Shown here: positions 40,001 to 48,437 of the stretch, piece after piece
Position numbering within the stretch: the first letter of the stretch is position 1
Layout: each line of letters opens with the position of its first letter
DNA from: an uncultured Gemmatimonadales bacterium
Lineage (GTDB): Bacteria > Gemmatimonadota > Gemmatimonadetes > Longimicrobiales > RSA9
NCBI GenBank assembly: GCA_963783305.1
Contig: CAWAMW010000015.1
Coordinates: forward strand, 32,001 to 96,000
Length of the DNA stretch: 64,000 nucleotides
Direction: 5' to 3'
The notes under the pieces: model-generated
What the model was told of the DNA's origin: nothing
Seen by the model: the letters and a program-made list of their open reading frames with translations, nothing else
The model's database searches: none
Position numbers and translations under genes: made by a program

Positions 40001-40206
40001 AGCGTGCCAAGCTCGGATCCCACCACGGAGATCTGCACGTTGCTCAGCGGCGCCCCGGTGGTGGCATCGGTCACCTCACCCAGGATCATGCCGGTCTGCG
40101 CCTGCGCTTCAGCGGCACCGGCGGCAAAGGTGAGGATGCCGGCCAGCAGCATGCCGAGCACGGACGGCAGGCCTCCTGCTCTCCAGCTCGTACGGGATAG
40201 ACTCAT
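37057..40206 (-). CDS. SusC/RagA family TonB-dependent outer membrane protein
   Basis: AGGAGGAG RBS; VVTALGI, NNQPLFVLDGVP, KGPNAAALYGSRAANGAVIITTK, NLKPE. Confidence 0.95.
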   Translation of the reverse strand: MSLSRTSWRAGGLPSVLGMLLAGILTFAAGAAEAQAQTGMILGEVTDATTGAPLSNVQISVVGSELGTLSDRAGRYRIAGVPAGAVEVVAQSIGYADLTHTADVRSGETVRVDFRISEEAVALDGIVVTALGIERPRRELTTAVQSLSGEELSRAPESNLVSSLTGKISGVHIRSSNTPGGSARMVIRGVNSLTGNNQPLFVLDGVPVSNAASTDGTRGYNAIDYGNLVQDLNPNDIQSISVLKGPNAAALYGSRAANGAVIITTKKGVQGTGSGITARSDITFETPLKLPEYQNMYGQGSRGSYGATWDESWGPKLDAGEMIVQPLYGDEPAPFNSHPGNVEDFFETGLTMNNSVSLAAGDQNASVRLSLANLNQDGMLPGFKQERTTVSVSGGANLADRLRADASLQYLNAGAENRPAQGYGEDNVMWQFVWFGRQVDTDLLRARRYNPDGSQFNWNTRWNNNPYWTQLEDRNWDDRNRFIGSGSVTYGFMPWLDLMLRGGTDVSSEHRKNVFAAGTKSVSSPTGAFGETSISRQETNLDFLLSAQMPGLEGMSLSGNFGGSRRDNNYNSLGAYASELVVPGLYDLGNAAVTPSMSDYREETRVNSLYGAANFGFRDVWFVEATARNDWSSTLPESNNSYFYPSISSSLIVSDLVDLPYAGYAKLRVGWAQVGNDAAAYQLVDPYLADQPFNSQPRFTASNRLRNFNLKPEQTESWEIGGEMRFLQDRLGFDLTYYNAETSNQIVPVEVTPLTGFTSRVMNAGTISNRGIEVMVDAVPVRLDNGFRWETSATYSRNSNEVVELAKGLETLVLDTYYGVSVEARVGEPYGAMYGRKYVRDSQGNVVVGSNGRPLNSSENPNGLLGNYNPDWSWGLRNRFEYGPFSAHVLLDGQQGGLVYSMTNRYGQRSGVLIETLQGRENGRTPEEGGGLVVPGVMVVDGDTVPNDIVVDAQDYWRGLGGITEAHTYDATYMKLREVRVGFRLPAAWTERLRVAAAEVAFVGRNLALWSDVPHIDPETAFNSGNVQGFEYAQMPTARTFGFSVVLTP

Positions 40207-40421
40207 GGCTCCTCCTGGTGGGGGTGTCGGGTTTCCGGACCATACAGACGGCCGGGGGCGAGTGGCTCTGTGCCCAGTCTCGTCGGGGGATCGCATTGGT
40301 CGGTTTCTCACTGTTTAGGAGGCGGGTCTGACAGAGTGGAGCCCGCCGCAGGGTACCGCCGAGTGCGCAGCCTCTTAGTAGGAAGATTGGAGAGAAATTG
40401 GCCGCGCCTCGGACGTGAGAC

Positions 40422-40451
40422 AGAATAATGAACTCCCGTCTATAAATGCAA
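40422..40451 (-). promoter_or_regulatory. sigma70-like promoter for the SusC/SusD pair
   Basis: TTGCAT-18 nt-TATTCT in an AT-rich patch, about 215 nt upstream of the ATG. Confidence 0.45.
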
Positions 40452-40489
40452 CAGCAGTCCGGGAGCGGAGCGCTCCCCCGCCGGCCACA

Positions 40490-40504
40490 TGGCGTGCCTC
40501 GTGC
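40490..40504 (+). promoter_or_regulatory. sigma54-like -24/-12 motif
   Basis: TGGCGTGCCTCGTGC with canonical spacing, 41 nt before ATG 40546. Confidence 0.4.
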
Positions 40505-40545
40505 ATGCTGAGCCGCCACGCCATGACGACCCGAATCCCGGAACC

Positions 40546-41382
40546 ATGATCGACCTGCGCACTGCCGCAACGGCCACTCTCGTCCTCTCCACCCTGGTGG
40601 CCTGCACCGGGAAAGGCGATGCCGACCCGGACCCGGACACCGCTGTCTGCCTTCAGGGCGGCCCCTTCAACGTGGATGGAGAACTACCGGTCGACGGGAC
40701 CGCAGCTCCGACCGAGGCTCCGCTCGAGATCTCGGGCCTGCGCTGGGATCGACACGTCGGCTGCGAGCGTTTCGTGGTCGACCTGGCCCGGGAGAACGGT
40801 GGGACCGCGGTGGCGGCGGGGCCGGTGGACGTGAAGCTACTGAGAGCGCTTGGCGTGGTGCGGATCCGGCTGGAGCGAGCGGAGACGGTGCGCAGTGATG
40901 CTACCGACTCCCGGTTCGACGGCCCGCTGGCCCGCGCGGCCTACGTGGTGCGTGCGCCGGGGGGAAGCGGCATGTTCGTGGACGTGCATCTGGCGGGGCC
41001 GACGGAAGCCCGGGCGCTGCTGCTCACGGACCCGGCACGCGTGGTGGTCGACCTGCGCCCGGGGGGAGGCGATCTGGCCGCGCCGGCGGCGGCCGGCCAG
41101 CGGGTCGTGATTCTGGAGCCGAGAGCGGGCACGGCGTCGTACCCGCTCACCGTACGGGGCTACGCGCGCACATTCGAGGCGAACGTCGTGGCGCGCCTCG
41201 AGGCCTCGGGAGAGACGGTCGCCCAGGAAGTGACCACGGCCACGGGCTGGGCCGACGCCTGGGGCTACTACTCGCTCACCATCCCCGACGGACCCGTGGG
41301 TCTGATGCGACTGCGGGTGGGCGAGCACTCCGCGCGTGATGGCACCTGGGAAGGGGTTTCCGTCGAGCTGGACATGAGATGA
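40546..41382 (+). CDS. lipoprotein with AMIN-like and Gmad2 immunoglobulin-like domains
   Basis: Lipobox LVAC; CERFVVDL...DPARVVVDL; PLTVRGYARTFEANV...WGYY. Confidence 0.75.
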   Translation: MIDLRTAATATLVLSTLVACTGKGDADPDPDTAVCLQGGPFNVDGELPVDGTAAPTEAPLEISGLRWDRHVGCERFVVDLARENGGTAVAAGPVDVKLLRALGVVRIRLERAETVRSDATDSRFDGPLARAAYVVRAPGGSGMFVDVHLAGPTEARALLLTDPARVVVDLRPGGGDLAAPAAAGQRVVILEPRAGTASYPLTVRGYARTFEANVVARLEASGETVAQEVTTATGWADAWGYYSLTIPDGPVGLMRLRVGEHSARDGTWEGVSVELDMR

Positions 41383-41399
41383 GTCGTCCCCGCCGCTGA

Positions 41400-44081
41400 C
41401 TACTCCTCGCGGAGCGACCGGCTGGGACTCACCCGCGCTGCCCGGAGGGCCGGGACCGCGCCCGCCAGTGCCCCGATGACCAGCACTATGACCGGCATGC
41501 CGACGAAGACCGCGGGATCCCGCGGGCTGATCTGGTACAGCTGACTCGACAGGACACGCACCGCTGCCAGCGAGGCCAGCGCCCCCAGGGTCACACCCAC
41601 ACCCACCAGCACCAGCGCTTCCCTGATGACCAGACCCGCCACGTCACGTGCGCGCGCGCCGAGCGCCTGCCGGATGCTGAGCTCGTGTGAGCGGAGCGAC
41701 ACCGCGTATGCCAGCACACCATAGATCCCGAGCGCGGCGAGAAGCGCGGCCAGCACGGCGAAGGACGCGACCAGCAGCGAGACCAGCCGCGGTCTCGCCA
41801 CCGCCTCCCCCACCACGTTTCGCATCGTGGTCAGATCGGCCACGGCCATGTCCGGGTCCAGCTCCTGGACGCGCGCGCGCACCTCCGGCGCGAGCGCTCC
41901 GCCGTTGGGAGACCGCACCACCAGGTTCAGGGAGGCGAACTCCGGCAGTTGACGGTACGGGACGAACAGACCGGGCCGCCCCTCCGCCGCCACTTCCCGC
42001 TGCCGCACGTCGCCCACCACGCCCACCACCTCCAGCAGCAGCTCCTCCGCGCCCCACGGCAGCACCACCCGGCGGCCCAGGGGGTCCCCGCCCGGCCAGT
42101 TCGCTTCGGCGAACGCTTCATTCACCAGAGCGACCCGTACACCGCCCGCCGCGTCGGCGCGCGTGAACGTACGGCCCCGCAAAAGCGGGATCCCCAGAGC
42201 GTCGAGCACCTCGCCCGCCACCGCCTGCACCTCCGTCCCCGGCAGCTCCCCCGGGCCTGGACGCGGACGATCGGGGAGGTAATAGCCGGTGGTGGTCCAC
42301 GCACCGGTGAGCGGCAGCCAGGAGATCGCCCCGGCGGCGCGCACCTGGGGGAGCGCCCCCAGCGATTCCACCGCCCGATCGACGAACGTCGCTCGCGCCT
42401 CTCCCTCGCGATACCCCGCGCCGCGGAGTGTGACTCTCGCCGTGAGCACGTCCTCCACCTGGATCCCCAGGTCGGCCCCACGCAGCTTCCCGAAGCTGCG
42501 CACCAGGAGTCCCGCGCCGATGAGCAGCATGAGGGAGAGCGCCACCTCGCCCACCACGATGGCCACCCGTAGACGCCGCACCGAACGACCGCCGCCCCCG
42601 CTCCCACGCCCCTCCCGCAACAGCCCCAGCAGGTCGGAGCGGAAGGCGTGGAACGCAGGCGCGAGGCCGAAAATCGCGCCCGAAAGGATAGCGACGAGAG
42701 CGGCGAAGCCGAGCACATCCAGATCGACCGTGGCCTGGTCGAGGCGCGGCACTCGCAGCGACTCGGGCATCCCCACCACGAGCGCCCGCGTGGCGAGCCA
42801 GGCCAGGCCGGCCCCCAGGAGTCCGCCGGTCAGCGACAGCAGCAGGCTCTCCGTCAGCAGCTCTCGGAGGATCCGGCCGCGACCCGCGCCGAGCGACGCG
42901 CGCACCGCCAGCTCCGTGCGGCGGGACGCCGCCCGGACCAGCAGCAGGTTGGCGACGTTCACGACGGTGACCAGCAGAAGGACCCCCACAGCCGCGAGCA
43001 CCACCAGCAGCGCCGGCCGCACATCGCCCTTCACCTGCTCATCCAGCGGGACCACACGCGCGCTCCACTGGGCGTTGAACGCCGGGTACCCCTCCGCCAG
43101 CGAGCTGGAGATCGCCGCCATCTCCGCCTCCGCCGCCCCCATCGTCGCCCCCGGGGCCAGCCGTCCCACCACGCGGATGAACCGCCCCATGTCCGTACGG
43201 TTGCCCCAGGCAAAGTCCGTGGGCATCCAGAAGTCCACGTCCGGGGCGAAAAAGTCGAGATCGGGACCCATCACCCCCACCACCTCCACGCGCCCTCCCA
43301 CCAGGTCGATCTCGCGACCGAGGACGTCCCGATCGCCGCCGAAATGACGCATCCAGAAGCCGTGGCTCAGAACCACCACCGTCGCCCCGCCCGGAGGGGC
43401 GCGCCCTTCCTCGGGCGAGAACACCCGGCCCAGGCGCGGTTTCACCCCCAGGACCCGGAACAGCGCCGGGTCCGCAAGCTGCATCACGACTTCCCGCGCC
43501 TCTCCGTCCGCCAGCAACGTCACCGGCAGGTCGAAGATCGCCGCCAGCGACGAGAAGGTCTCGGAGCGCTCCCGCCAATCCCTGTAGTTTGCGGGGCTCA
43601 CCAGGTTGTGCTCCGACCCCTCCTCCCCTTCGTGCGCCTCCCAGACCATGGCCACGCGCTCCGGCTCCGGCACCGGCAGCGGCTCCAGCAGAACGGCGTC
43701 CACGACCGAATAGATCGCGGTCGTCGCGCCGATCCCGAGCGCCAGCGTCACGAGCGCCAGAGCCGTGAAGGCCGGCGACCTCACCAGCGACCTCGCAGCG
43801 TATCGAATATCCCGTATCATGTCGCTCGCCCACTCCCGTCTCCGGGTGGCCCTCATCCGTCGGGTCGTTTCCTGAAGCATCTCGCGCCGTACCGCAGGCA
43901 GGTCGCCGAAGCGACGAAGCGCTTCCGCCCGCGCCTCCTCCGGCGACAGCCCCTCAGCCTCCAGCTCCGCAGCCCGAAGCGCCAGGTGCAGCTCGATCTC
44001 GGCATCCAGATCGGCGGCCGCCTGCTGCCCCGCGGGACGCGGCACACGCAGGATCCGACGACGCACGCCCGACCTCCTCAC
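41400..44081 (-). CDS. ADOP-type duplicated ABC permease with N-terminal prefix domain
   Basis: EIELHL...EARAEALRRFGD, TLALGIGATTAIYSVV, NVANLLLVR; GTGA overlap with PadR. Confidence 0.92.
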   Translation of the reverse strand: MRRSGVRRRILRVPRPAGQQAAADLDAEIELHLALRAAELEAEGLSPEEARAEALRRFGDLPAVRREMLQETTRRMRATRRREWASDMIRDIRYAARSLVRSPAFTALALVTLALGIGATTAIYSVVDAVLLEPLPVPEPERVAMVWEAHEGEEGSEHNLVSPANYRDWRERSETFSSLAAIFDLPVTLLADGEAREVVMQLADPALFRVLGVKPRLGRVFSPEEGRAPPGGATVVVLSHGFWMRHFGGDRDVLGREIDLVGGRVEVVGVMGPDLDFFAPDVDFWMPTDFAWGNRTDMGRFIRVVGRLAPGATMGAAEAEMAAISSSLAEGYPAFNAQWSARVVPLDEQVKGDVRPALLVVLAAVGVLLLVTVVNVANLLLVRAASRRTELAVRASLGAGRGRILRELLTESLLLSLTGGLLGAGLAWLATRALVVGMPESLRVPRLDQATVDLDVLGFAALVAILSGAIFGLAPAFHAFRSDLLGLLREGRGSGGGGRSVRRLRVAIVVGEVALSLMLLIGAGLLVRSFGKLRGADLGIQVEDVLTARVTLRGAGYREGEARATFVDRAVESLGALPQVRAAGAISWLPLTGAWTTTGYYLPDRPRPGPGELPGTEVQAVAGEVLDALGIPLLRGRTFTRADAAGGVRVALVNEAFAEANWPGGDPLGRRVVLPWGAEELLLEVVGVVGDVRQREVAAEGRPGLFVPYRQLPEFASLNLVVRSPNGGALAPEVRARVQELDPDMAVADLTTMRNVVGEAVARPRLVSLLVASFAVLAALLAALGIYGVLAYAVSLRSHELSIRQALGARARDVAGLVIREALVLVGVGVTLGALASLAAVRVLSSQLYQISPRDPAVFVGMPVIVLVIGALAGAVPALRAARVSPSRSLREE

Positions 44082-44410
44082 GCGGGCGTCAACACCAGCT
44101 GCACCGCCTTCGCGTACAGCCGCCAGTTCTCCACCTCCGCCACCAGCTGCTGCCGGCCTCGGGCCGTCAAGGTGTAGACCTTGGCCCGGCGGTTCGTTTC
44201 CGTGAGCCCCCACTCCGCCTCGACCAGACCCCGCCCCTCCAACCGGTGCAGCGCCTGGTACAACGCCGACTCCTCCACCCCTAACAGCCCGTCCGTTCGC
44301 TCCCGCAGCCACTTCGACACCGCGTACCCGTGCATCGGCTCCCACGCCAACGTCCGCAGTACCAGCAGGTCCAGGGTCCCGCGCAAGAGGTCCAGCGTCT
44401 CCGTACCCAT
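44078..44410 (-). CDS. PadR family transcriptional regulator (Acidobacterial type)
   Basis: LLRGTLDLLVLRTL, MHGY, LYQALHRLE, EWGLTETNRRAKVY. Confidence 0.93.
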   Translation of the reverse strand: MGTETLDLLRGTLDLLVLRTLAWEPMHGYAVSKWLRERTDGLLGVEESALYQALHRLEGRGLVEAEWGLTETNRRAKVYTLTARGRQQLVAEVENWRLYAKAVQLVLTPA

Positions 44411-44624
44411 GTCACCCCCCAGGTTCTGACCCATAAGCATCTATAGTATGACCGTGAGATCGCGCTCAGGCAATGGTCGTACAACGCCTGGACCCTTCAG
44501 CGGCCTGCGAGAACCTTCGGTGGGGCACCTCGACCGAGCGGGAGGAAATGGAGGAACGGCCCGCCCCGCCTACCGCGGAACGGGCCGTTCTCCCGTGGGG
44601 TCGCTGCTGCCCGGCGGTGGCGGC

Positions 44625-44855
44625 TCAGGCCCCCGGCTGGCGCGGCTCGCGCGGTGGGGGCGGCTCGCGCGGCGGGGGCGGCGGAGTGCGGGCCTCGGTG
44701 TCCCGCAGGTTCCCGGCGAGGCTGATGATGGCGATCCCCGCCACGACCACGACGCCGATGGTGATCCAGAGGGTGGGCACGCCCAGAATGGAAGCGGCCC
44801 AGGCCAGTCCTGCGATGAGAACGATGAATCCGAGTACGTAGAGTGCTGTCGCCAT
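44625..44855 (-). CDS. small two-TM membrane protein with Pro-rich tail
   Basis: AAAGGAGA RBS; ALYVLGFIVLIAGLAWAA..GVPTLWITIGVVVVAGIAII. Confidence 0.8.
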   Translation of the reverse strand: MATALYVLGFIVLIAGLAWAASILGVPTLWITIGVVVVAGIAIISLAGNLRDTEARTPPPPPREPPPPREPRQPGA

Positions 44856-44883
44856 GTTCGTCTCTCCTTTTGTCATGCGCAGG

Positions 44884-44899
44884 GGCAAGTAGCTTGCCA
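44884..44899. promoter_or_regulatory. palindromic sigma54-like -24/-12 site
   Basis: Minus strand TGGCAAGCTACTTGC; plus strand GGCAAGTAGCTTGC; both have GG-N10-GC spacing. Confidence 0.55.
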
Positions 44900-44990
44900 C
44901 TCGAGCGGCCGGGGGGTTGACATGCGACGGTTTTCCCGCGAGGCTTGTGTCTGGCGAACAGTCCGGCCGAGTCCGGACACCAGCAACGTG

Positions 44991-45023
44991 AGGACCTGGG
45001 CGCTTACCGCTCGGGTCTTTTTT
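44991..45023 (+). terminator. terminator-like hairpin within the cold-shock gene leader
   Basis: AGGACCTGGGCG-CTTAC-CGCTCGGGTCTTTTTT, downstream of TTGACA (44917-22) and upstream of the csp ATG. Confidence 0.55.
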
Positions 45024-45109
45024 GTTGGCCGCCAGAAAGAGGTGAGTTCGAGAGGTACGGAAATACCGTTACCCCGGGAGCACCACAAGAACACAGGGAG
45101 TACGGTATT

Positions 45110-45316
45110 ATGCGTACCAAGGGAACCGTGAAGTGGTTCAACGACGAGAAGGGCTTTGGCTTCATCACGCCTGAGGACGGCAGCAAGGACTGCTTCGTCC
45201 ATCACAGCGCGATCCAGGCCCAGGGCTTCAAGAGCCTGTCCGAGGGACAGGCCGTCGAGTTCGACGTCGTGCAGGGCCAGAAGGGCCCCGCCGCGGAGAA
45301 CGTCCACGCGGTCTGA
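45110..45316 (+). CDS. cold-shock protein (CspA family)
   Basis: [40 protein letters not shown]. Confidence 0.97.
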   Translation: MRTKGTVKWFNDEKGFGFITPEDGSKDCFVHHSAIQAQGFKSLSEGQAVEFDVVQGQKGPAAENVHAV

Positions 45317-45365
45317 CCGTAGAGGACACCTCGTCGTGACGGCCTCGCCGTCATGATGTCGAGCG

Positions 45366-45396
45366 GCCGCCCCGGTGATCACCGGGGCGGCTGTTT
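45366..45396 (+). terminator. intrinsic terminator after the cold-shock gene
   Basis: Perfect palindrome GCCGCCCCGGTGATCACCGGGGCGGC followed by TGTTT. Confidence 0.65.
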
Positions 45397-45499
45397 CGCG
45401 TTCGGGGAGGACCCACCGCCGCGCAGCGGGGTACGAGGAAACTCACCCTTTCGGACGCCCCCCGTGGTTCGATCTTCTCGATGGACTGGAGCGCCTCTC

Positions 45500-45673
45500 A
45501 TGGCCAAGGTCAGGATCAGCAAGAAAGATGGAACATCCACTCCCTACTTCTGGTCCGACAAGGATTCGGAGGACCGGACGAAGAAAACGGTCTACAAGCA
45601 GACCACCGATGGCGTGAAGCGGATGCGGGGCGTGCATTTCGACCCCGTGACGAACCGCATGCACAAGCACTGA
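45500..45673 (+). CDS. small basic hypothetical protein (57 aa)
   Basis: GGAG RBS; MAKVRISKKDGTSTPYFWSDK...; GC3-biased codons, Lys-rich unlike shadow ORFs. Confidence 0.7.
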   Translation: MAKVRISKKDGTSTPYFWSDKDSEDRTKKTVYKQTTDGVKRMRGVHFDPVTNRMHKH

Positions 45674-45774
45674 CTTCTGGTAGGAACCGGCGCCCGCCTG
45701 AGAACGCAAACGGGGGGGGCGGCCGGCTCTTTGGTATCACCTCTGACGCTCTTGAGCGCCGCTTCCACCGCGTT

Positions 45775-46233
45775 CTAACGGTCTCGCATGGCGGCGGTGA
45801 GCACCCGGTCGAGCGCGGCCGCGAACGCCTGCTTCTCCTTCTTGCCGTAAGGTTTCGCTCCACCGGTCTCCACCCCGGCCCCCCGAAGCGAGTCCATGAA
45901 GTCCCGGATGGAAAGCCGCTCCCGCACGTTCTCCGCGGTATAGAGATCGCCGCGAGGATCCAGCACCATCACATCCTTCTCCACCAGGTCCGCGGCCAGC
46001 GGAATGTCCGCGGTGATGGCCAGGTCGCCGGCAGAGGCGTGGTCGACAATGTGACGATCGGCCACGTCAGGACCCCCGGGCACCCGGACCGCGCTCACAT
46101 ACGGATTGTGCCGTGGCGTCCCCATGGACTGGTTCGCCACGAGCACGGTCTCCAGCTCCAGCCGCTTCGCCGCGCGATACAGGATCTCCTTCACGTCCCG
46201 CGGCGCCGCGTCGGCATCGACCCAGATCTTCAT
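45775..46233 (-). CDS. YaiI/YqxD family protein
   Basis: MKIWVDADA, DVAD, ITADIPLA, PRG motifs. Confidence 0.93.
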   Translation of the reverse strand: MKIWVDADAAPRDVKEILYRAAKRLELETVLVANQSMGTPRHNPYVSAVRVPGGPDVADRHIVDHASAGDLAITADIPLAADLVEKDVMVLDPRGDLYTAENVRERLSIRDFMDSLRGAGVETGGAKPYGKKEKQAFAAALDRVLTAAMRDR

Positions 46234-46883
46234 ATCCGCTGCTCCAGCAGCCATTCCGCCACCCTCTCTTCCTGATACGCGCGGTCCCACGAGTTGTGTC
46301 CTATGCCCGGATAGAGCGTGAGCTTTGGATCGCCACCCGCGGCCCGGACAGCCTCCACCATGCTCTCGGAGTGCCGCGGCGGGACGACCGGATCGGCCTC
46401 GCCGTGGAACGCCCAGGTCGGCAGACCGGCAAGCTCGGGCGCGTCCGCGGGGTCGCCGCCGCCGCAGACGGGCGCGATGGCCGCGAAGAGATCTCGCCGA
46501 CGCGCGCCCAGCAGCCATGAGCCGAAGCCGCCCAGGGACACACCGGTCAGGTAGATGCGGGCAGGATCCACCGCCCACTCATCGCGGGTCTGCGCGAGGG
46601 CGCCCAGCGCCAGGCTGGCGTGCTCTACCCAGCCGTGCGGGTCTCGCGGCTTCTGCGGAAACACCGCAATGAAAGGCCAGCGGTCCGGCGCCAGCATGAT
46701 GGCGGGGCCGAGCCCAACGGCCACCTGCGCCCACCCGTCGGTGCCCTCCTCGCCGCGGCCGTGGAGAAAGAGGAGGGCTGGGGTGAGCTCCACCGGATCG
46801 TAGGTATCGGGGACGTACACCACGTAACGGCGCTCTGCGCCGCCGTTGACCCAGTATCTCCGCAGGAATCCGCGCTCGCTCAT
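46230..46883 (-). CDS. alpha/beta hydrolase (predicted peptidase/esterase)
   Basis: LFLHGRGE, RIYLTGVSLGG, FHGEADPVV, GHNSW. Confidence 0.88.
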   Translation of the reverse strand: MSERGFLRRYWVNGGAERRYVVYVPDTYDPVELTPALLFLHGRGEEGTDGWAQVAVGLGPAIMLAPDRWPFIAVFPQKPRDPHGWVEHASLALGALAQTRDEWAVDPARIYLTGVSLGGFGSWLLGARRRDLFAAIAPVCGGGDPADAPELAGLPTWAFHGEADPVVPPRHSESMVEAVRAAGGDPKLTLYPGIGHNSWDRAYQEERVAEWLLEQRI

Positions 46884-46937
46884 GTCACCAAGATACGGCC
46901 GGGAGACCGGGCGTGCCGGCGGCGGCCGACCGCTTCC

Positions 46938-48197
46938 CTAGGCCGCCGCCGCACGCCCGCGCGCCCGACGCAGCTGCACGTCGCGCCGAAGCGTCGGCAG
47001 CTGCCGACGGAACACCGCCGCTGCACCCAGCGCGATGACCCCGCCGATCATGACCGTGGTCGGTGCCCCCACGTGCTCGGCCATCCAGCCGGAATAGAGG
47101 CTGCCGAGCGGCAGCGTGCCGATGAAAGCCATGGTGTACAGGCTCATGATCCGGCCGCGCATGGCCTCGCCCACGATGGACTGGAGGAACGTGTTCGAGG
47201 CCGCGGACTGCACCATCAGCCCGAACCCCGCCACCGCCAGGACCGGAAGTGACAGCCAGACGGAAGGGGAGGCCCCGAAGAGGAGCAGCCCACCGCCGAA
47301 GAGGGACGCGGACCCGCCGATGAGGGACCCCAGCCCGGTCGTTTTCTCGCGCGCGGCGAGGAAGAGCGCCCCTGTGAGCGCTCCCACCCCCTGCGCTGTC
47401 ATTAGGAGCCCCAGGGTACCGGGTCCTCCCCCCAGCACGTCGGAGGCGAATACGGGCATGAGCACCACGAACGGCACTGCGAAGAAACTGATGACGGTGA
47501 TGAGGAGGAGCACCGCCCGGATCGCCGGGAAGCGCCACGCGAACTCGAACCCCTCACGCAGGTTCCCGAGGACGCTGGTCGGGCTCCCCCGCTCCGCCAC
47601 CGGCTTCACGCGCATGAGGAGGAGCGCCAGCAGCATCGAGAAGTAGGTGATGCCGTTGAGGGCGAAGACCCAACCCTCCCCTATCAGCGCAATGAGGATC
47701 CCCGCGATGGACGGGCCAATGAGCCGAGCCACGTTGAACACGCTCGAATTCAGCGCAATGGCGTTCCCGAGATCATCCGGATCATCGATGAGCTGGACGA
47801 AGAACGACTGGCGGGCGGGAATGTCGAACGAATCCAGAATGCCCAGGAACATGGCCAGTGCCAGGACGTGCCACACCTGGATGACGCCCGAGAGGACGAG
47901 CGCCGCGAGCACCAGCGCCTGGAGCATGCTCAGGGACTGTGTGAAATAGAGGATCCGGCGGCGATCCCAGCGGTCGGCGGCCACACCGGCAAACGGCGCC
48001 AACAGGAGCGTCGGGATGCGGCCGGCGAACCCCACCAGCCCCAGGATGAGGGCGGAATCGGTGAGACGATACACCAGCCAGCCCATGGCCACTCGCTGCA
48101 TCCACGTGCCGATGAGCGAAAGTCCCTGGCCCGTGAAGTACAGCCGGAAGTCCCTCGCCCGGAGTGACCTGGTCGCCCTCCGTGCGGCGCCCCGCAT
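46938..48197 (-). CDS. MFS transporter
   Basis: RDFRLYFTGQGLSLIGTWMQ, ADRWDRRR, ARLIGPSIAG, MRGRIMSLY; exact start uncertain. Confidence 0.92.
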   Translation of the reverse strand: MRGAARRATRSLRARDFRLYFTGQGLSLIGTWMQRVAMGWLVYRLTDSALILGLVGFAGRIPTLLLAPFAGVAADRWDRRRILYFTQSLSMLQALVLAALVLSGVIQVWHVLALAMFLGILDSFDIPARQSFFVQLIDDPDDLGNAIALNSSVFNVARLIGPSIAGILIALIGEGWVFALNGITYFSMLLALLLMRVKPVAERGSPTSVLGNLREGFEFAWRFPAIRAVLLLITVISFFAVPFVVLMPVFASDVLGGGPGTLGLLMTAQGVGALTGALFLAAREKTTGLGSLIGGSASLFGGGLLLFGASPSVWLSLPVLAVAGFGLMVQSAASNTFLQSIVGEAMRGRIMSLYTMAFIGTLPLGSLYSGWMAEHVGAPTTVMIGGVIALGAAAVFRRQLPTLRRDVQLRRARGRAAAA

Positions 48198-48437
48198 CCC
48201 GCGGCGCGCCGCCGTCACCCGTCCTGTCGTGCCTGTTCTCACCTGGTTCCAATCCCCGCCATTCCCGCGCCGCCCGACTGCCGCCACAGTTCCTCACATA
48301 CCCTGCCCAATCAGGGTGTTCCCATCCGCTGCTGGGCATCAACGGGGTCGACCCCGCCGGGGTACGGTCCTATATTCGGCACGAGCGGCGACAACCGACG
48401 CCCCGGGACCTCCTCGGTACACTCTGGATCCGACTAG

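Noticed and set aside
44431..44446. PadR operator palindrome CCATA-N6-TATAG upstream of padR
   Set aside because: The position is plausible but the match is only 4/5 per arm, and no second copy was found in the window.
48284..48294. Further copy of the IS-end-like repeat (CCACAGTTCCT)
   Set aside because: Only 11 bp match and there is no partner arm; could be chance.
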